This document shows, in pieces, positions 34,639 to 48,574 of a stretch of 64,000 nucleotides of DNA. Made by a program: the position numbers and the translations under genes. The notes under the pieces were generated by a model that was given only the letters and a program-made list of their open reading frames with translations, made no database searches and had not been told where the DNA came from. Origin of the DNA: Chlorokybus atmophyticus (Eukaryota; Plantae; Mesostigma and Chlorokybus algae). Within the stretch, counting starts at the first letter, position 1. Each line of letters begins with the position of its first letter. The stretch lies in NCBI GenBank assembly GCA_009103225.1, contig RHPI01001037.1, positions 1,154,916 to 1,218,915 on the forward strand, in the 5' to 3' direction.

Positions 34639-37600
34639 CTGCATGTGACGCGCGACAGAAGACCGATAGGAACTGCGGGCGACAGGCAAGTAGGTAAGTG
34701 CATGAGATGGGGAGCACCCGGCCCACCGGGTGCCCGCTTACATGCTACACACACGTGTTCTGCTGTTTCATGCCATGTACTTAATGCCATACCTATGCTC
34801 TCAATGTACGGGTGATGTTATCTGCGACCAATACTGACTATTACTGATACCGCTACTGGCTACTGATGCTACGGCTACTGGCTACGCTCCTGTTACATTC
34901 ATTAATGGCAACTTTGTATTTTCGTACCTACTACTGCACGTACTCACAAACTCACTGGCGGCGTTGACGTTTGTGTGGTTGTCGCTAGGGGCCGTGGCTG
35001 GGCGCTCAGGGAGCGCTAGACTGACACTGCAGTGCCCCCTCCCTTAGCAGGTATCTCCTACTGCTACTGCCGCTACTCACCTGCCGCTGCCGATGCATGT
35101 TGTTGCATTTGCCCCCTAGCCATGGCCCCTAGCTGATGAACTGTGTGTGGAGGTGCGGGTGCAAGGGTGGAGGTTATTTGTACTTGCTTGCTTGTTTGTG
35201 TGTTGCCTTGTTATGCTCCGCTTGCTAAAACGCGCACAGATATATGCACACCACCACATTACTATATACACTTCATCGTTGTTCACGCTGGGCCAAACAT
35301 CTACACTACGCTACATCTTCTAGCCCTCCCTGTTGCACATGCACGAATATGCACACATTGTCATTACCTGCCCAGACGGGCTGCTGTCCAGCATGTAAGG
35401 ATGGAGCTGCTGCTGCAATGGCATGTGCGGCTTGGCTAATGCAGCTATATGACGCTAGGTAGGCCAGTATTTCTCTGCCTCTCATTCGTTGTGATAAGTC
35501 TACTTGTACACAGAACCCATGTATACAACCTACACTACATATGCACCAATGTGCGGCATGTATTACAACATGGAGCTGCTGCTGCAGTAGCATGTGCGGG
35601 CTTGCCTATTGCAGCTATTTGCTGCTAACGCTGTTGCCTGGTTGGTCATTATTTGCCCATGCCTCTCGTTTATCATTGTGTTGGTTTGTTGATTGCCTTG
35701 GCCCTCTCCATGCGGTGTTGCATAATACGAGATACGGATTCAAGTACGACATCACATAAATACAAGTATTTCATAATACTTTTACACATTAAAGATTAAA
35801 TACGATTCAGACCCGATTTATTATGTGACAATGCATTGCACAATGTGCTATCGATAATGATGATCAATAGCAGCCGCCGTGTGCAGCGAAACTTTAATAA
35901 AGTGCATACGCACACAATATGTGAGTGCAAGTCATTGATTGCATCATGTAAGCACTGAGTTTTCAAATGGCATAGTAGTCGGAATAGTATTTCGATAGTA
36001 TTTCTAAATTTGAGATAAATACGATGAAAGACTAGTATTCTCAGCGTTAAAGTTGGATAGTATCATGCAATTGGGTCTCCACGTTCATCTACACATGTAC
36101 TTGTCTGCGGCATGTAAGTTCAAAAGCTGCCGCAGTGCTGCAATAGCATAGACTAGGCGAAATGCTGACACACACATCATGATGCTTGCATACATGCACA
36201 ACATGCCGCATTTTTGATTAAGCATCACATAGTCACAACATGCAAGCATACAAGCAAAGGCTGCAAGGGATTTAAACCAGCCAAGGGCGCAAAACCCTTG
36301 CAACACATCTCCAAGCTTGCTTACACGGCTGCCAAACCCATCATAAGTCAGAAGTCAAAAGTCAATTTAACATGTGCAACATTTTCATATAAGCATGTGC
36401 AGATTATTGACGGTAATGGGACAGCAAATTGCCCGTACGCAGAGATTGTTTCCTCATAGTCTTAAAAACGAATAGGACCTGTGAGGTGTGAGTGCAACAA
36501 ATAAGCGATAGTGGCTTTGAATGCATATTATGATGATAATCTCAACAATCACGCATATTATACATGTTTATCAATGTCAGCGCAAAGTTATGCATTGCTT
36601 ACCGCCGGCTATGCCTTGCCTACTATTGTGCATTCCTTGGAAACTCTTCAAGCTAGCCACGTACGATAAATTATTACGCATGCGTACAGGCCACTTATTT
36701 GTATACGTTAAAGATTAAGTGGGAAACGCATAGCATTCAATTGCGCATAATGCATGATATTTTCGTGTTTGACACCACATGCACTGTCGATATGAAGGGT
36801 GTACGGAGCTTCATACAATCGAGCGACTTAATAATATGCCCACAATCTTAGCGAGTAGTCCATGTTTTATGAGGCTCGAAAAAAGGTACCTTTACACGCA
36901 CATGACTCTTTCCGTTATGGCAGCGGTGCTAGGGTGGACGGGCGTCGATGTAGCTGCGCCGACGACTAAGGTGGACGCCCTGCTCACGGGCGCTGCCTAG
37001 CTCCCACGTGTTAGGCATTACTGCTCGTGTGTTGGTTAGGCATGTATAATTGTATATATGGTTGTCCGCGGTGGGTAGTGCAGTGCAACTATGTGGTATG
37101 ATGGTGCCGTGCTGTGCTGCAATGCCTTGTGACTGGCTGCTGTGCTGTTGAAATGCATGTAGTGCCTGCTGTGTGAATGTGCTTTGGCTATGTTGATATT
37201 CATGCTGCTTGTTGCTATTGTATTCTAATGCATAGAGCCATTGCAATTAACTAGTAGCGCAGAGTTGCGGTGGGTATTAATGCTGCAAGTGTTGCACGGG
37301 GTGCGCGAGAACGGGTTTTACACTGCCACAGCAATTGTATTACCCTGGGACTGGCGGCGATGATATACAAGCACTAGCACCACACTGCACACTGCCCCAG
37401 CACTGCACAATTCACCCATCACGCCACCCTCAACCCCTGTCTTCCTGTGCTGTTTTCTGCTGCTGGTGGTTCTGACCATCAGTGTCTGTTGCTTTACGTT
37501 GGTTGCTGTGCTTGCTATCTTCCCTGCTGCCCTGCCCTACTTCCACCCCACTGTCAACTTGCGCAAGCATTTAGCAACGCACCATGTTAGCGTGTATGCC

Positions 37601-38803
37601 CCTGCTGATGGAATAAAGTTCAGCTCTAGAGTGCTCCTAGTTGCAGCTGGCGTTGATACTATGCTCTTACTTGTGATGCAACCGCTACTCAGATAAGCCT
37701 ATATCCGAACTGTTGCTGTGTGGATTTGTAACAACGAGTGTTTGAGGCCTTTACTGATCACTGATCAGTAAAGACACTTTCACGTTGCAACCTGCGCTGT
37801 AAAGGACACTGAAGCCCACCGTATCGGGTTGCTTGTATCATCTCTGACAGCCACCCCGGCGCTGTCAATCAGTGTCAGATTACGCTCTGTACCGCGGCGC
37901 GACCCGTCCAGATTGTTGACTGTGCGGCCGTCGGCGATGCGGGAGAATCGTCGGCTAGATGCGGCCGATCAGGAACCGCCTGCCGGACCGGTTGCCCACT
38001 TCCTGCCACACCGCAAATGGGCTGCAATTAATACGTCCGGTGCTGGTCTGCTGACTAGTAGTAGCAATGCAGCCGATACGAGGAACGAGACAATAAACGG
38101 CGACACCCCACTGTCAATGTGCATGCTTGCTGCTAAGCTTAAGGCCTAACCTTACCGTTACTGGAGTGGGCTTTGTGCCTCTCGTCATGAGAGTCTGATG
38201 ACTCATGAGACAGTCAAAGCGAGAGTCTCACATGCCCCAGCGACGCTGGGCCAGCGTGCATGCCGTTTGTTCCATGACTGCGGCAAGTGTTATTGACACA
38301 TGAGTTTAAAGTTGCCGTTTTCCCTCGCTTGTGCGCCCGTTCGCCCGGCGTGCAGCCGTTCTCTGCGCAGGCGCTCGGGATCTGCCCACCCGCCCCGCTG
38401 GACGGTCCAAGCAAGCGATTTTCAAAGAATCACAAGTTACCATTGACCACAGGTGAATCAACACTCCTCAGGATTACAAGGAGTAGTATGGCAGGGGTAC
38501 GTTTGTGTATCACTCTTTCTTGGACCAGACCAAGCCACTTATGATTCCATCGCCACCATCACAGTCTGAAATCTGCGTTGCTATCGCCGTTAGCGCCAAA
38601 CTGCGGCAGCCAAACGTGGCATTTATCAAGCCTCTAAAAGCTATGTACATGGTGTGGAACATTATACCAGGTGTGGAGTGTTTGTCGGCAGCGGTAGCGG
38701 CGGCGGTGTTGGTTTGGGTATACGTGCTGTGTGTTTTGCAATTGCTGGTGGACACTGTGTGTGCGTGAGCAATTAGCTTTGCGGGCAGTTTGGTTTGGTC
38801 AAG

Positions 38804-40089
38804 ATGGCCACGCAACACCCAACGGCGGACACCACGGCGAGCATGCGGGACACGGCCTCGTCCTTGACAGCGCAAGCTCAGGACAAGCTGACTGCGATGA
38901 AGGATAGCGCCGTCTCTGCAGCTTCTTCCCTGAAGCAGCAGGCTTACTCTACGTCGGGCACAACTTCTGCCCCAGCCTACTATCCTCCTGCCACGCCCAC
39001 AGGGCGCGCGCTTCCCCCAGCTCACCAAATGCTTGGCACTGGCGCAAGTAAGTTCTGTTTCACTTTGGGTTTCCCCACCGTTGTGCCTGAGCCTGTTTCT
39101 TTTGAGCTTTTGCATGTCTACCACAACATGCACCTATGCCTGCGACAGCTCGTCACGTTGTTTGACACTTGGGGTGAGTGGGGTGTAGTGTACCGTATGC
39201 AAATTGAACGTTGTCCTCTTACAGCCTCGGACTTGCTTCTTTGGAAGAATCCTGTGGCCAGCGGCTCTGCGCTGGGAGTGGTGGCCTTTTTCTACCTTGC
39301 TCTGCAGTGGTTCAACTACACGCTGGTGTCGCTACTTGCGAACCTGCTGTTGATCGTCGTGGTTGTCACCTTCCTGTGGTCGCACGCCGCTGCACTGCTG
39401 AAGAGGTACGGGGCAGTTCTTCAGCTCGTTTTTCTTGCAGCGCCGTGCATTCAGCTATTGACGTGCTTGCAAGTTGCATCCAGTGTCATGTTATTGCTCG
39501 CAAATTGCATCGTGGTCACATACATGGTCGCGATGCAGGTCTCCTCCCCCTCTGCCCAACTTCCAGCTATCTGAGACAGACATGTCGAATCTGACAGCTA
39601 AGGCCACTCACTATGTCAACCTGGCTTTTGCCTATGTCCACCGCGTCGGCAGTGGCAAGGACGCCCTCCTGTCTCTCAAGGTGAGCAAGCTTTTCGCGCG
39701 TGTTGTTGCTGTATGTTAGCAGGTGTCGCTGCTGTGGATGTTTTAACTATTTGTGCATACAGGTTGCCCTCGGGCTCTACATCGTCTCCATTGTCGGAGG
39801 CTGGTTCAACTTGGTCGATCTGATCTTCATTGGTACAGAATTGTCACTTTGATGGTTGCTGGGGGAGTCGCTTGCATGGAATTGTCACCATACTGCTGAC
39901 AATCGGTGTGTCTACGCAGCCACCATTCTCGCTTTCACAGTCCCTAAGCTGTATGAGAAGTACGATGGACCCATCAATGAGAAGGCTAAGCTGTTGATGG
40001 CGAAGGCTCACGAGCTGTACCAAGTCTTTGACGAGAAGGTCCTGAGCAGGATTCCAAAGCAGGCGCCTCAGACCAAGAAGCAAGCGTAG
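38804..40089 (+). CDS. Reticulon-like protein (RTNLB family)
   Basis: SDLLLWKNPVASG, hydrophobic hairpins NYTLVSLLANLLL..FLWS, later exons SPPPLPNFQLSE, VGGWFNLVDL and FTVPKLYEKYDGPI..YQVFDEKVLSRIPK..*. Confidence 0.92.
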
Positions 40090-43000
40090 ATGATGTGCGC
40101 GCGGAGCAGACATTCAGCTGGGGCAGTGGTTTCAGTTGGTTCATCAACGTCTTGTAAATATCGGTGAGGTATGCAGCAGGCTGGCAAGGTTTTTTTTTTT
40201 TACACCTGGCTTGGCCTGCAGATCACCCTCCTTGTACGCCTAGTCGATTTCAGGGTTAAACTCTACAGATTAGGATGTTGACGCTTGCCAGGCAGCATTC
40301 ATCAGTAGCTGCGCAAGCTAGTGTCTGGTTGTCTGGTTATTGGAGGTAATCAAGAGCACTTCCTACTGGAGTATGTAGTACCAGTTGATATGTGAGAATG
40401 ATTTGTGCTTACCATAGCTGCTGATTGTTGTAGTCTGTGCTGCATGCTGCAACCTGTCTGGTATGCATGTGCTGTGACCTTGCCCAATGCAATGTGAGTG
40501 AACGGCGTGTGTGGTTAAGCGCAGTGTACCAATTCTGAAGTGATTTTGTAATGCCCTTATGTTCACAGCCTGTGGGAGTTGCAACCCGCATGCACTTTGA
40601 ACAGAGCATGCAGTCTAGACATAATACTACTGTTTAGCTCAATACAATAGTGTAAATGCATGATTTATGTTACAGTGCCAATCAAACACTGTGCAAAGGA
40701 ATGGAAATGGAAATGGAAATGGCAATGTCCAGGATTGTTTCGCTGCATATTGCTGCAAATTTTCAATGTTCTTACACTCATATACTTGCACACCTCCACG
40801 CCAATGTTTAAAAATCGGATGATGAATTAGCCATAGGTAAAGTGTGAAAAAGTAACAGCACATCAAAACAAGTAAAATTGGGCATATACCATGCTAACAC
40901 TTTACACCAGCAATTAACCGCCGGGCTGCCTACTCTACCTAGCACGCTAAGCCCTTGCCCCATTAGTCCAACCAGCGTGCATGGTGTCCAGCAGTCATGT
41001 GCCGCACCAATGATGTGAACAGGTAACATATTCCAGTACAATTTGCCATGGAGATGTGCACTACATAGAATGCAAGGATTGTGAACATGTTACGTGAAAC
41101 AAGCTGATAGCGAACATGTTCCTCTCTCACTCTGTTATGCTATAACCTCTGTTCAGCAATGCAGCCTGTCCACCACACCTCCCACAGCAGCGCAGCGACA
41201 ACAGTGTGCTGCACGCCGTGCATGGAACTGCATGATGCGCGCCAATGGGCGCAAACCCTAACGCTGACGGCAGAGCGTCCAGACGGCGGGAGGAGGGAGG
41301 GTGTAGGGAAGGAAGGAGGGAGGGGGACTCCAACTCCTGCTGCTCTTTTGACCGCTGGTGCTGCTGCAAATGGGCCGCTAACCATATGGCGCAGGTGCAG
41401 GTAACCACGACTGCAACGTGTGCATGCATGACTGACAGGGGGGTGTAGATGTAGGTGTAGGAGTAGAGTAGGTAGCCCGGTGGTCGTGTATATAGCACGA
41501 GGTGAGTGTGCTCTGCAGAGTGTTGCCTGCGTGGTGTGGTCTGAATGGGCACACCCCTCTCGCATCTTCTGTACACACAAGGCCCAGCCCACCACCCAAA
41601 CCTCCCCGACTGCACCTAACCAGCATACCACGCGCCACGAATGCAAGAGCGTGCTCTGCTGAGGTCAGTAGTGCGGGGTTGAGGGTTACAAAGGGCTGCC
41701 AAAGGTAGCAGCACACGGAGAGGAGGGACGAGGGTGATGCTGGCGAGAGGAGGGAGGGGGAGTTCATCTGCTGGTGCTGCCGACTGCCTGGCGCTGTGGA
41801 CTATGACTAACTGCCTAGCTGCACGTTGTGCAGGTGATGACCAGTGCGAGCATGTCATGCATGTCTAACGGGGTGGTGGTGTTAGTGTTGGTAGTAGCAG
41901 TGAAGTAGAGTAGGAACCCGGTGGTAAAAATGTTGGTGGTGAGTTTGTGTGGCTGACTGTATGCTAGTCACATTCCTTGCATGTCAGATGCATACGCACG
42001 CCACATTGTATGTACACAGCCCGGCCTGACTCTTGTACCTGTTATTCTGTTACAAATAAGTGAATATACAACATGCATGCATGACTATTGGGGTAAGAAT
42101 ATAGTGTTAGCGTATGAGATACAGATACAGATAGCTTTGGCCCGATGGTGGGTTGTTACCTGAATGGTGACTGCCTGCATGCCTTGTGTGCTTGATATTA
42201 TGCATGTTGTGTGCCTTTGACACCGTGCATGTGACCATCCTAGTTTGCAATCTTTCTTTCTGTACACAGCACTATCAACACAACATCTGCACACGCGCCA
42301 CACTATACAGTGTATGTTACAAAACAGGTTGTGTGCATGTGTAGTCAGTGTGAGTTTCTCAGTCAATCAATCAATACGCCACCGCGTAAACAGATTACAA
42401 CTTGCGGTCACTTCATACGTAACGTGCTGGCCCAAGTATGCGTACAAGTAGCATACTTCTTCAACAGTATGGTCGAGAAAGTGTCACAACAATACTCTGC
42501 GCAATGCCTCATTGTTTGCACTTGCGCTCAAGGTATAGCGTCAGCAAGACGTGAACGCCAGTAACAACAACAACAATGATAGTCATAAAGTTACGGACAC
42601 GCACCCTCTGCTCTGGACAACACACACCACCGCCTTCGTCTTGGTGTCCGCTGCTGCCGCCCGCACAGACAGACTGACTGACTGGCTGCGCGCAGGCTAG
42701 GCTAGCTGACGTGCATGCATGCCCAGCAGCAGCTTGGCAGAGGAATAACTACTGCTACAGCTCCAAGTTGGCATGCATGCATGTCAGCTTACTTGCAACG
42801 GTTCGCCCGGCGTTGGTGGCGATGACGATGGGGGAGGTGAAGGAGGAGCTGATAGAGGTGGAGGATGGGGCAGCGCTGGACGAGGGGAAAGTTGTTGTGG
42901 TGCCGGAGGGGCACGAGGAGGAGGCCCCAGCGTGTTTCCACATGCCTCTCAATTTGCCGAGGCCGTGACTGTATGGTCCCAAACAGCCAGCGCCTGGCTT

Positions 43001-44297
43001 ATACAACGCACAGCCTTGGTGCGTTTGCTTGACTCGGACGTCTATCGCTGCATGCTGCGTGTTTTGATCTGCTTGGAAAAGAGTGTTTGATAGCTGAGCT
43101 GCTGTTCAGGCCACTTGACTTATTTTATGAAGGGTACAGTCGCTTGCAACTGTAATCAGGCCGTTTGACAACAACTTCATGTGTGTAGGTTTGCATGCAT
43201 TCAGGGCTAACGCTGCGACACGCCATTGTGCTGACTGGTCACTCCGCACGCTGATTGAGAGATTGAAAGCCGTTTTGTGTTCGCTGACACCCGACAGTCT
43301 GGTTGGTAGTAGTACAACAGAGCACAAGTACAACACGGCCACAAACACATTGTCTTTGTAGCACAAGTACAACACATAGATTACCAATAAGGTTAAAATA
43401 AGTAGGGCCGACAGTGAGGTAGAAACCACTACATTGATTGCTGCTGTGTAGTGCTGCAGGTCAGGAGATGTACAAGAGAGCGCATGCAACCATACACAAC
43501 ATGCAATCAGCGTCAGCCAGCACAAAGGGCAACAGCGTGTTGCAGCAAACAGGAGTCATTGAGTATGGCTTCAATCTGTAACTGCTGCCTTACATTGCAG
43601 GCCATGACGGTGGCACATGAACATGTTGATGTTTTCAAATGTCCATTGGCTGCGGAGTGGCACTGCCACTGCTGCGCATGCTTGGGAGCACACGGCCTGT
43701 GCACAACACTCTCCTTGCCCATGGCAACAAATGCAGCAAATTCTCATTGGTTACTTCGGTTTACCACGGTGACAGAATCTGATGAAGCGGACTTCATCGA
43801 GAAAGTGGTAAACGTTGATTGCACGTAAGCTTCTATATATTCAACTTGTAACCGAGAATCTGCATGTTAAGGTTCAGGTCTGCACGAGGTCCTTGCCCTC
43901 CCTTTAAGCGAGCCAAATCAGACCCTGCGTGACGGCGCTGCTCAATGCATACATGAGGTATTTCCTGGCGGCTGCTGGTAGTCACATACAGAACCAACTT
44001 CGAGAGGTGACATCGCATAAGTATGCCTTCATTGTGCAGTACAAAAGGCTCGCAGGAGCACTTACGGTGGCAAGGCGCTTTGGGACTCGCTGGCGTCCGC
44101 AGGGCACTTCATTGGCTGCATGCGCATACGCGCATAAGGTACTGTCGCGCTGCTTCACAGCTTACAGTTAGATAAAAACAGAGAGAGGTCTGTTCCGGCT
44201 GCGTGAGCCAGAGTGAGTATGTGTGTGCGTTCTGCATTATGATAATAACTACATACGGTGTGAGCGGATCTCCGCGCGCGCGCTCACGGGCGGCGTG

Positions 44298-44617
44298 NNN
44301 NNNNNNNNNNNNNNNNNNNNNNNNNNNNNNNNNNNNNNNNNNNNNNNNNNNNNNNNNNNNNNNNNNNNNNNNNNNNNNNNNNNNNNNNNNNNNNNNNNNN
44401 NNNNNNNNNNNNNNNNNNNNNNNNNNNNNNNNNNNNNNNNNNNNNNNNNNNNNNNNNNNNNNNNNNNNNNNNNNNNNNNNNNNNNNNNNNNNNNNNNNNN
44501 NNNNNNNNNNNNNNNNNNNNNNNNNNNNNNNNNNNNNNNNNNNNNNNNNNNNNNNNNNNNNNNNNNNNNNNNNNNNNNNNNNNNNNNNNNNNNNNNNNNN
44601 NNNNNNNNNNNNNNNNG
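44298..44617. other. Assembly gap at the position of the GA-rich microsatellite of copy B
   Basis: N run; the right flank matches sequence just after 56084. Confidence 0.95.
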
Positions 44618-45456
44618 AGGGGGGGGGCGCATAGAACTGGTGGTGGGAGCTCAGTCTAACAGTGATGCGCGGATATATCTTGCAGCAACGCCCCCAGTTT
44701 GACGTGGTAAGGGTGTCAGCTATCGTTATGGTGCCGGACGCGCTGTCCTAAATCTAATCTATCATAAGGAATGACTGAGCAGGACTCTAACTAGAACTGT
44801 GCATGTTTGGCAGCGTCTCTGTGTCTACATACTTAGCTTGACATTAAGCACCGCGTGCATGCATGACGGGTTGCGCACCATCCAGTACAGGGCATGCAGT
44901 CACTCCAAGCAGCATGCTAGCACCAGAAGGAGCTTGGAGGATCGCGAATATCCTTGCAGTGTATTGCCACGACGCGCATGTGTCCTGCACTCGAAACTCG
45001 GAAATTCAAATGCAGACAGTCTTCAACTAGCAGGCAGATGCTATCAGCGGCGGCCCAGGTCGCAGACGCCCAAGTCCAACTCTGGAGCATGCCTGGCCTC
45101 CGCACAGCTCTCCTCCTCAGCTCGCGTGATGACTGAAGACGACACATGCGTGAAATCGATGCCTTGGTACTGTGTACTTGTTCGTACCAGAGCAGGGCGG
45201 CTGGCGGATTCTTACATGCATGAAAATATCTGAACCCTGCCTGGCCATGTGCTTGATGCTGCCACGCAAGCACGTGAAGTTTATTAATCGTGAACACAAT
45301 CCGTGAAGTCCAGCCGCTTTATGGCGGATACCAGCGAGCGTGCGGGCGTCAGCGTTGCTCTCAACCTGAGGTATATCTGTGCAAGGGCGTCACCAGTACA
45401 CAGGCAAGGCGGAGGCGGAGGCGGAGGCGCGTGCAGCAGCGCTTGGCGCCAGCATC

Positions 45457-48400
45457 ATGGCCGTTCCTGCTCATGCGCTAGCCGTCCTGGTCGTCCTAGC
45501 GGCTGTTGCCTTCACTTCCACAGGTGTGTGACCATAATTGCGAGCGGGTTCCAACAAGTCTTGTCGTGGCTGTCCTGCTTGCCAGACAGAGCCAGTCTGC
45601 CGTTTTGTGATTTGACTGTGCAGCAACAGCAGCTGCAGGTGCTGCTCCTGCACCTGTTTGGGGTGATGGGGATATCTCGTTTGTGAAAGAAAATTCTTTC
45701 CAGACATTTCTGTTTAGTGCCGAAGCGACAGCATGGGTTGTATCCTTTCCAGCAGCATGCATGGGTGCTGATTATAATGACCTGGAAACTTAGTCATGAT
45801 GCTCATGTGTGATCAATCTGTTGATCATAAAGAAAGTAAGCACTGACCATGGTATGGTTAGTGTTGCTGCTGCCGCTGCTGTTATTGCTGTCGTTGTTGC
45901 CATTGGAACTACTGATTGCCAACTGACTGGGTAGAGTGTTACAGTGCTGGGGGCTGAGGACCCGTTGAAGGCTTCAATTTCAGGCTACCTGTTTTGCGAC
46001 CGCTGCAACAACCGGCTGAATGACACGGGTGACTACCCCCTGGCTGGCGTGAAGGTGTCAGCATCGTGCAGGTACATGTGTGCCAAACCCGCATTCTGCG
46101 ATATCAACACAGACTATACCACGCGCACTGATAACAACGGCTACTACGAGTTTAAGAACATGATCGACACGTACGAGTCGTCTGAGAGGGACACGGGTGC
46201 AGCCAGCAGTTTCTTCTTTTGTTCTGTTCACACCGACGACCTCAGCGGCGGGTCGGCAGTGCCGCCGCCGTGCAATGCGTACTCGCTCTGTTCTCGTCTC
46301 ACGGACCTGTGCGACTCCAACCGGCTGGGGTTAAGGTACAACTTCGAGCCGCATGCTGGCGATGTCATCACAACCGGACGCAGCTGCTTCGCTGAAAGGC
46401 CCAGCCCTGGCTCCTGCCAACATCACTCTCGGCCACAAGTCAAAGGTATGTCAAACACATGAGAGTGTCTGTGTGTGACACATGCGCGCGCGTGCATCCA
46501 GATGTGTGCATGCATTGACATGTTGGCACGCACATCCCCGTTGCATCTTGTGTACACTTGTTGTGTACATGCACGCACGTGCGCGTGTACACAACAGGTG
46601 TGCAATTGGCGATGACAGTGAAACTGACTTGACCACACCTTTGCTTGGCAGAATGTGCGAAGCGGATCCTCTATCGGTCCACCACCTCTTGTGATTCGTT
46701 ATCATGCCGCACGCTTGTGATCAACTCTCTTCCAGCCGGTCAGGACATCTTCGCGAGCACCTCTGCGCAGCCCGTCGAGCTGCACTCAATACCATACTGG
46801 GCCGCATCCCACTCGTCGCGAATGGAAGCTCTCACAGTCTCCGGAGGTAACAGACAGCATGCCAACGCAGCATGTATCAAGTCATAGCATGCCAATGCAG
46901 CATGCATAAAAGGATGGCTCTGATGATATGTCTCCACAGACAGCATGTACTGGGCGGAGCTGGTCAGTGAGAACTGGTCGTGGCAAACAGCAACATGGCG
47001 ATTCTTATCGGCAGCCAGCAACGCCACGGAGCGCATACCCACTTGGCAAATGCATGTTCTTTCCGATGACGTGTTACTCCCCTGGGGGGCGTACCGCCCC
47101 GACAGCTTTGCTGTGGACTACACGGCAGGTGAGTTTGTTGCTGAGAGGCTTCTCCAACCAACTGAGCTTCTGTTGCTTTTGACACGTGTTGTTGCTGTTG
47201 CGTAGACCAAATTTTTGTATTCGTTTCCAACTGCGTAATCCATTACCAAGCAAATGAGGGTGATGTGGTGATTTATGCAACGGGACAGTCACTCGGCGGC
47301 ACCCAACCAGTGATATACAAGGCAGTGGAGGGCCCACATATGCGTCCAGAAACGCGAGCCACCATCACCAGCCTGCAGATTGACACGTCTGGTATGTTGT
47401 AGTGGTGTGGTGTGGTGTGTGTGTGTGTGTGGGGNNNNNNNNNNNNNNNNNNNNNNNNNNNNNNNNNNNNNNNNNNNNNNNNNNNNNNNNNNNNNNNNNN
47501 NNNNNNNNNNNNNNNNNNNNNNNNNNNNNNNNNNNNNNNNNNNNNNNNNNNNNNNNNNNNNNNNNNNNNNNNNNNNNNNNNNNNNNNNNNNNNNNNNNNN
47601 NNNNNNNNNNNNNNNNNNNNNNNNNNNNNNNNNNNNNNNNNNNNNNNNNNNNNNNNNNNNNNNNNNNNNNNNGTGTGTGTGTGTGTGTTGGGGGGGATGC
47701 GGTCTGAACTGCTGGTTGTGTGTGTTTGACAGTGGCTCTATGTATGTATCACTGTGCAGCAAAGCCCACGCCAATTCTCTACTGGATTGAGACGCGGACG
47801 CTGCGCAAAAGCACCAATGGCTCCATGACTGATTATCTGAACACCAGTATTAAGCGCGGGGCCCTGTCACTTGACAGGACAGGGCACCTGAGGGATGTGC
47901 AGGTGTTGTTCGAGCGCACCATGGCATGCGGGGGGCCATATGATTTTCAAGGCATGCCAGTGACACAGCTGCAGGTGGACACCGTCAACAAGCGCCTCTA
48001 TGCGCTTCATAATGCTTACTACAACACCTACCGGCAGGACAAAAAGAGTCCCGCATCGTATCTGAGTGTGTACGACATTGGTGCTGCAAGCAGCATTCAA
48101 TTATTCCCCCGCACATTGCTACGCCCGCTCGGGGTGTTCGTGGACTCTTTTCGCATTGACGTTTATTCTGGTAAGCTGACACCGACCATTGAGTTGAAGC
48201 CTCCACAATATGGTGTGCAGTCTATGCACATTACAAATGCGTGTCCCAGCAGATCCCCCCCTCATGTACGCGGTGGCCGGCTCTGGTGTAATGTACAAGC
48301 TTCAACTGAAATGCCTTGATCGCGATATTGACGGAGGCACAGTGGCTATACCGCCATATCTGCTGGCACCACACGATTACACCTATGTTGACAATTTTGA

Positions 48401-48574
48401 CATCTTTTACGGTGCGTGCAATGTTTGTAGCATTCTGCCCAAAGGTAGTCCGTGCATACTGGTTGATGGCAAAGTGGGGGATTGCTTTGCAAGCTGACAT
48501 GTTCGTGCTGATGATGTGCAGACCCAGCTTGTCTTAAAACCATTCTCCAACGACAACAAGCTTGGAGTGCCTGA
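45457..48574 (+). CDS. Uncharacterised secreted protein, paralogue A (signal peptide, SdrD-B/Ole e1-like Cys-rich domain, YWTD-like beta-propeller), ~586 aa
   Basis: Exons 45457-45523, 45945-46445, 46652-46846, 46940-47128, 47206-47391, 47760-48170, 48253-48411, 48522-48574 total 1761 nt and stay open. Signal peptide MAVPAHALAVLVVLAAVAFTST; ISGYLFCD..NDTGDYPLAGVKV..TDNNGYYEF; repeats AVDYTADQIF, LQIDTS..LYWIE, LQVDTVNKRLYAL, RIDVYSDPPLMYAV. Confidence 0.82.
47435..47672. other. Assembly gap inside an intronic (GT)n microsatellite of paralogue A
   Basis: N run flanked by (GT)n on both sides; the paralogous intron at 59001-59107 has only a short (GT)n. Confidence 0.95.
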
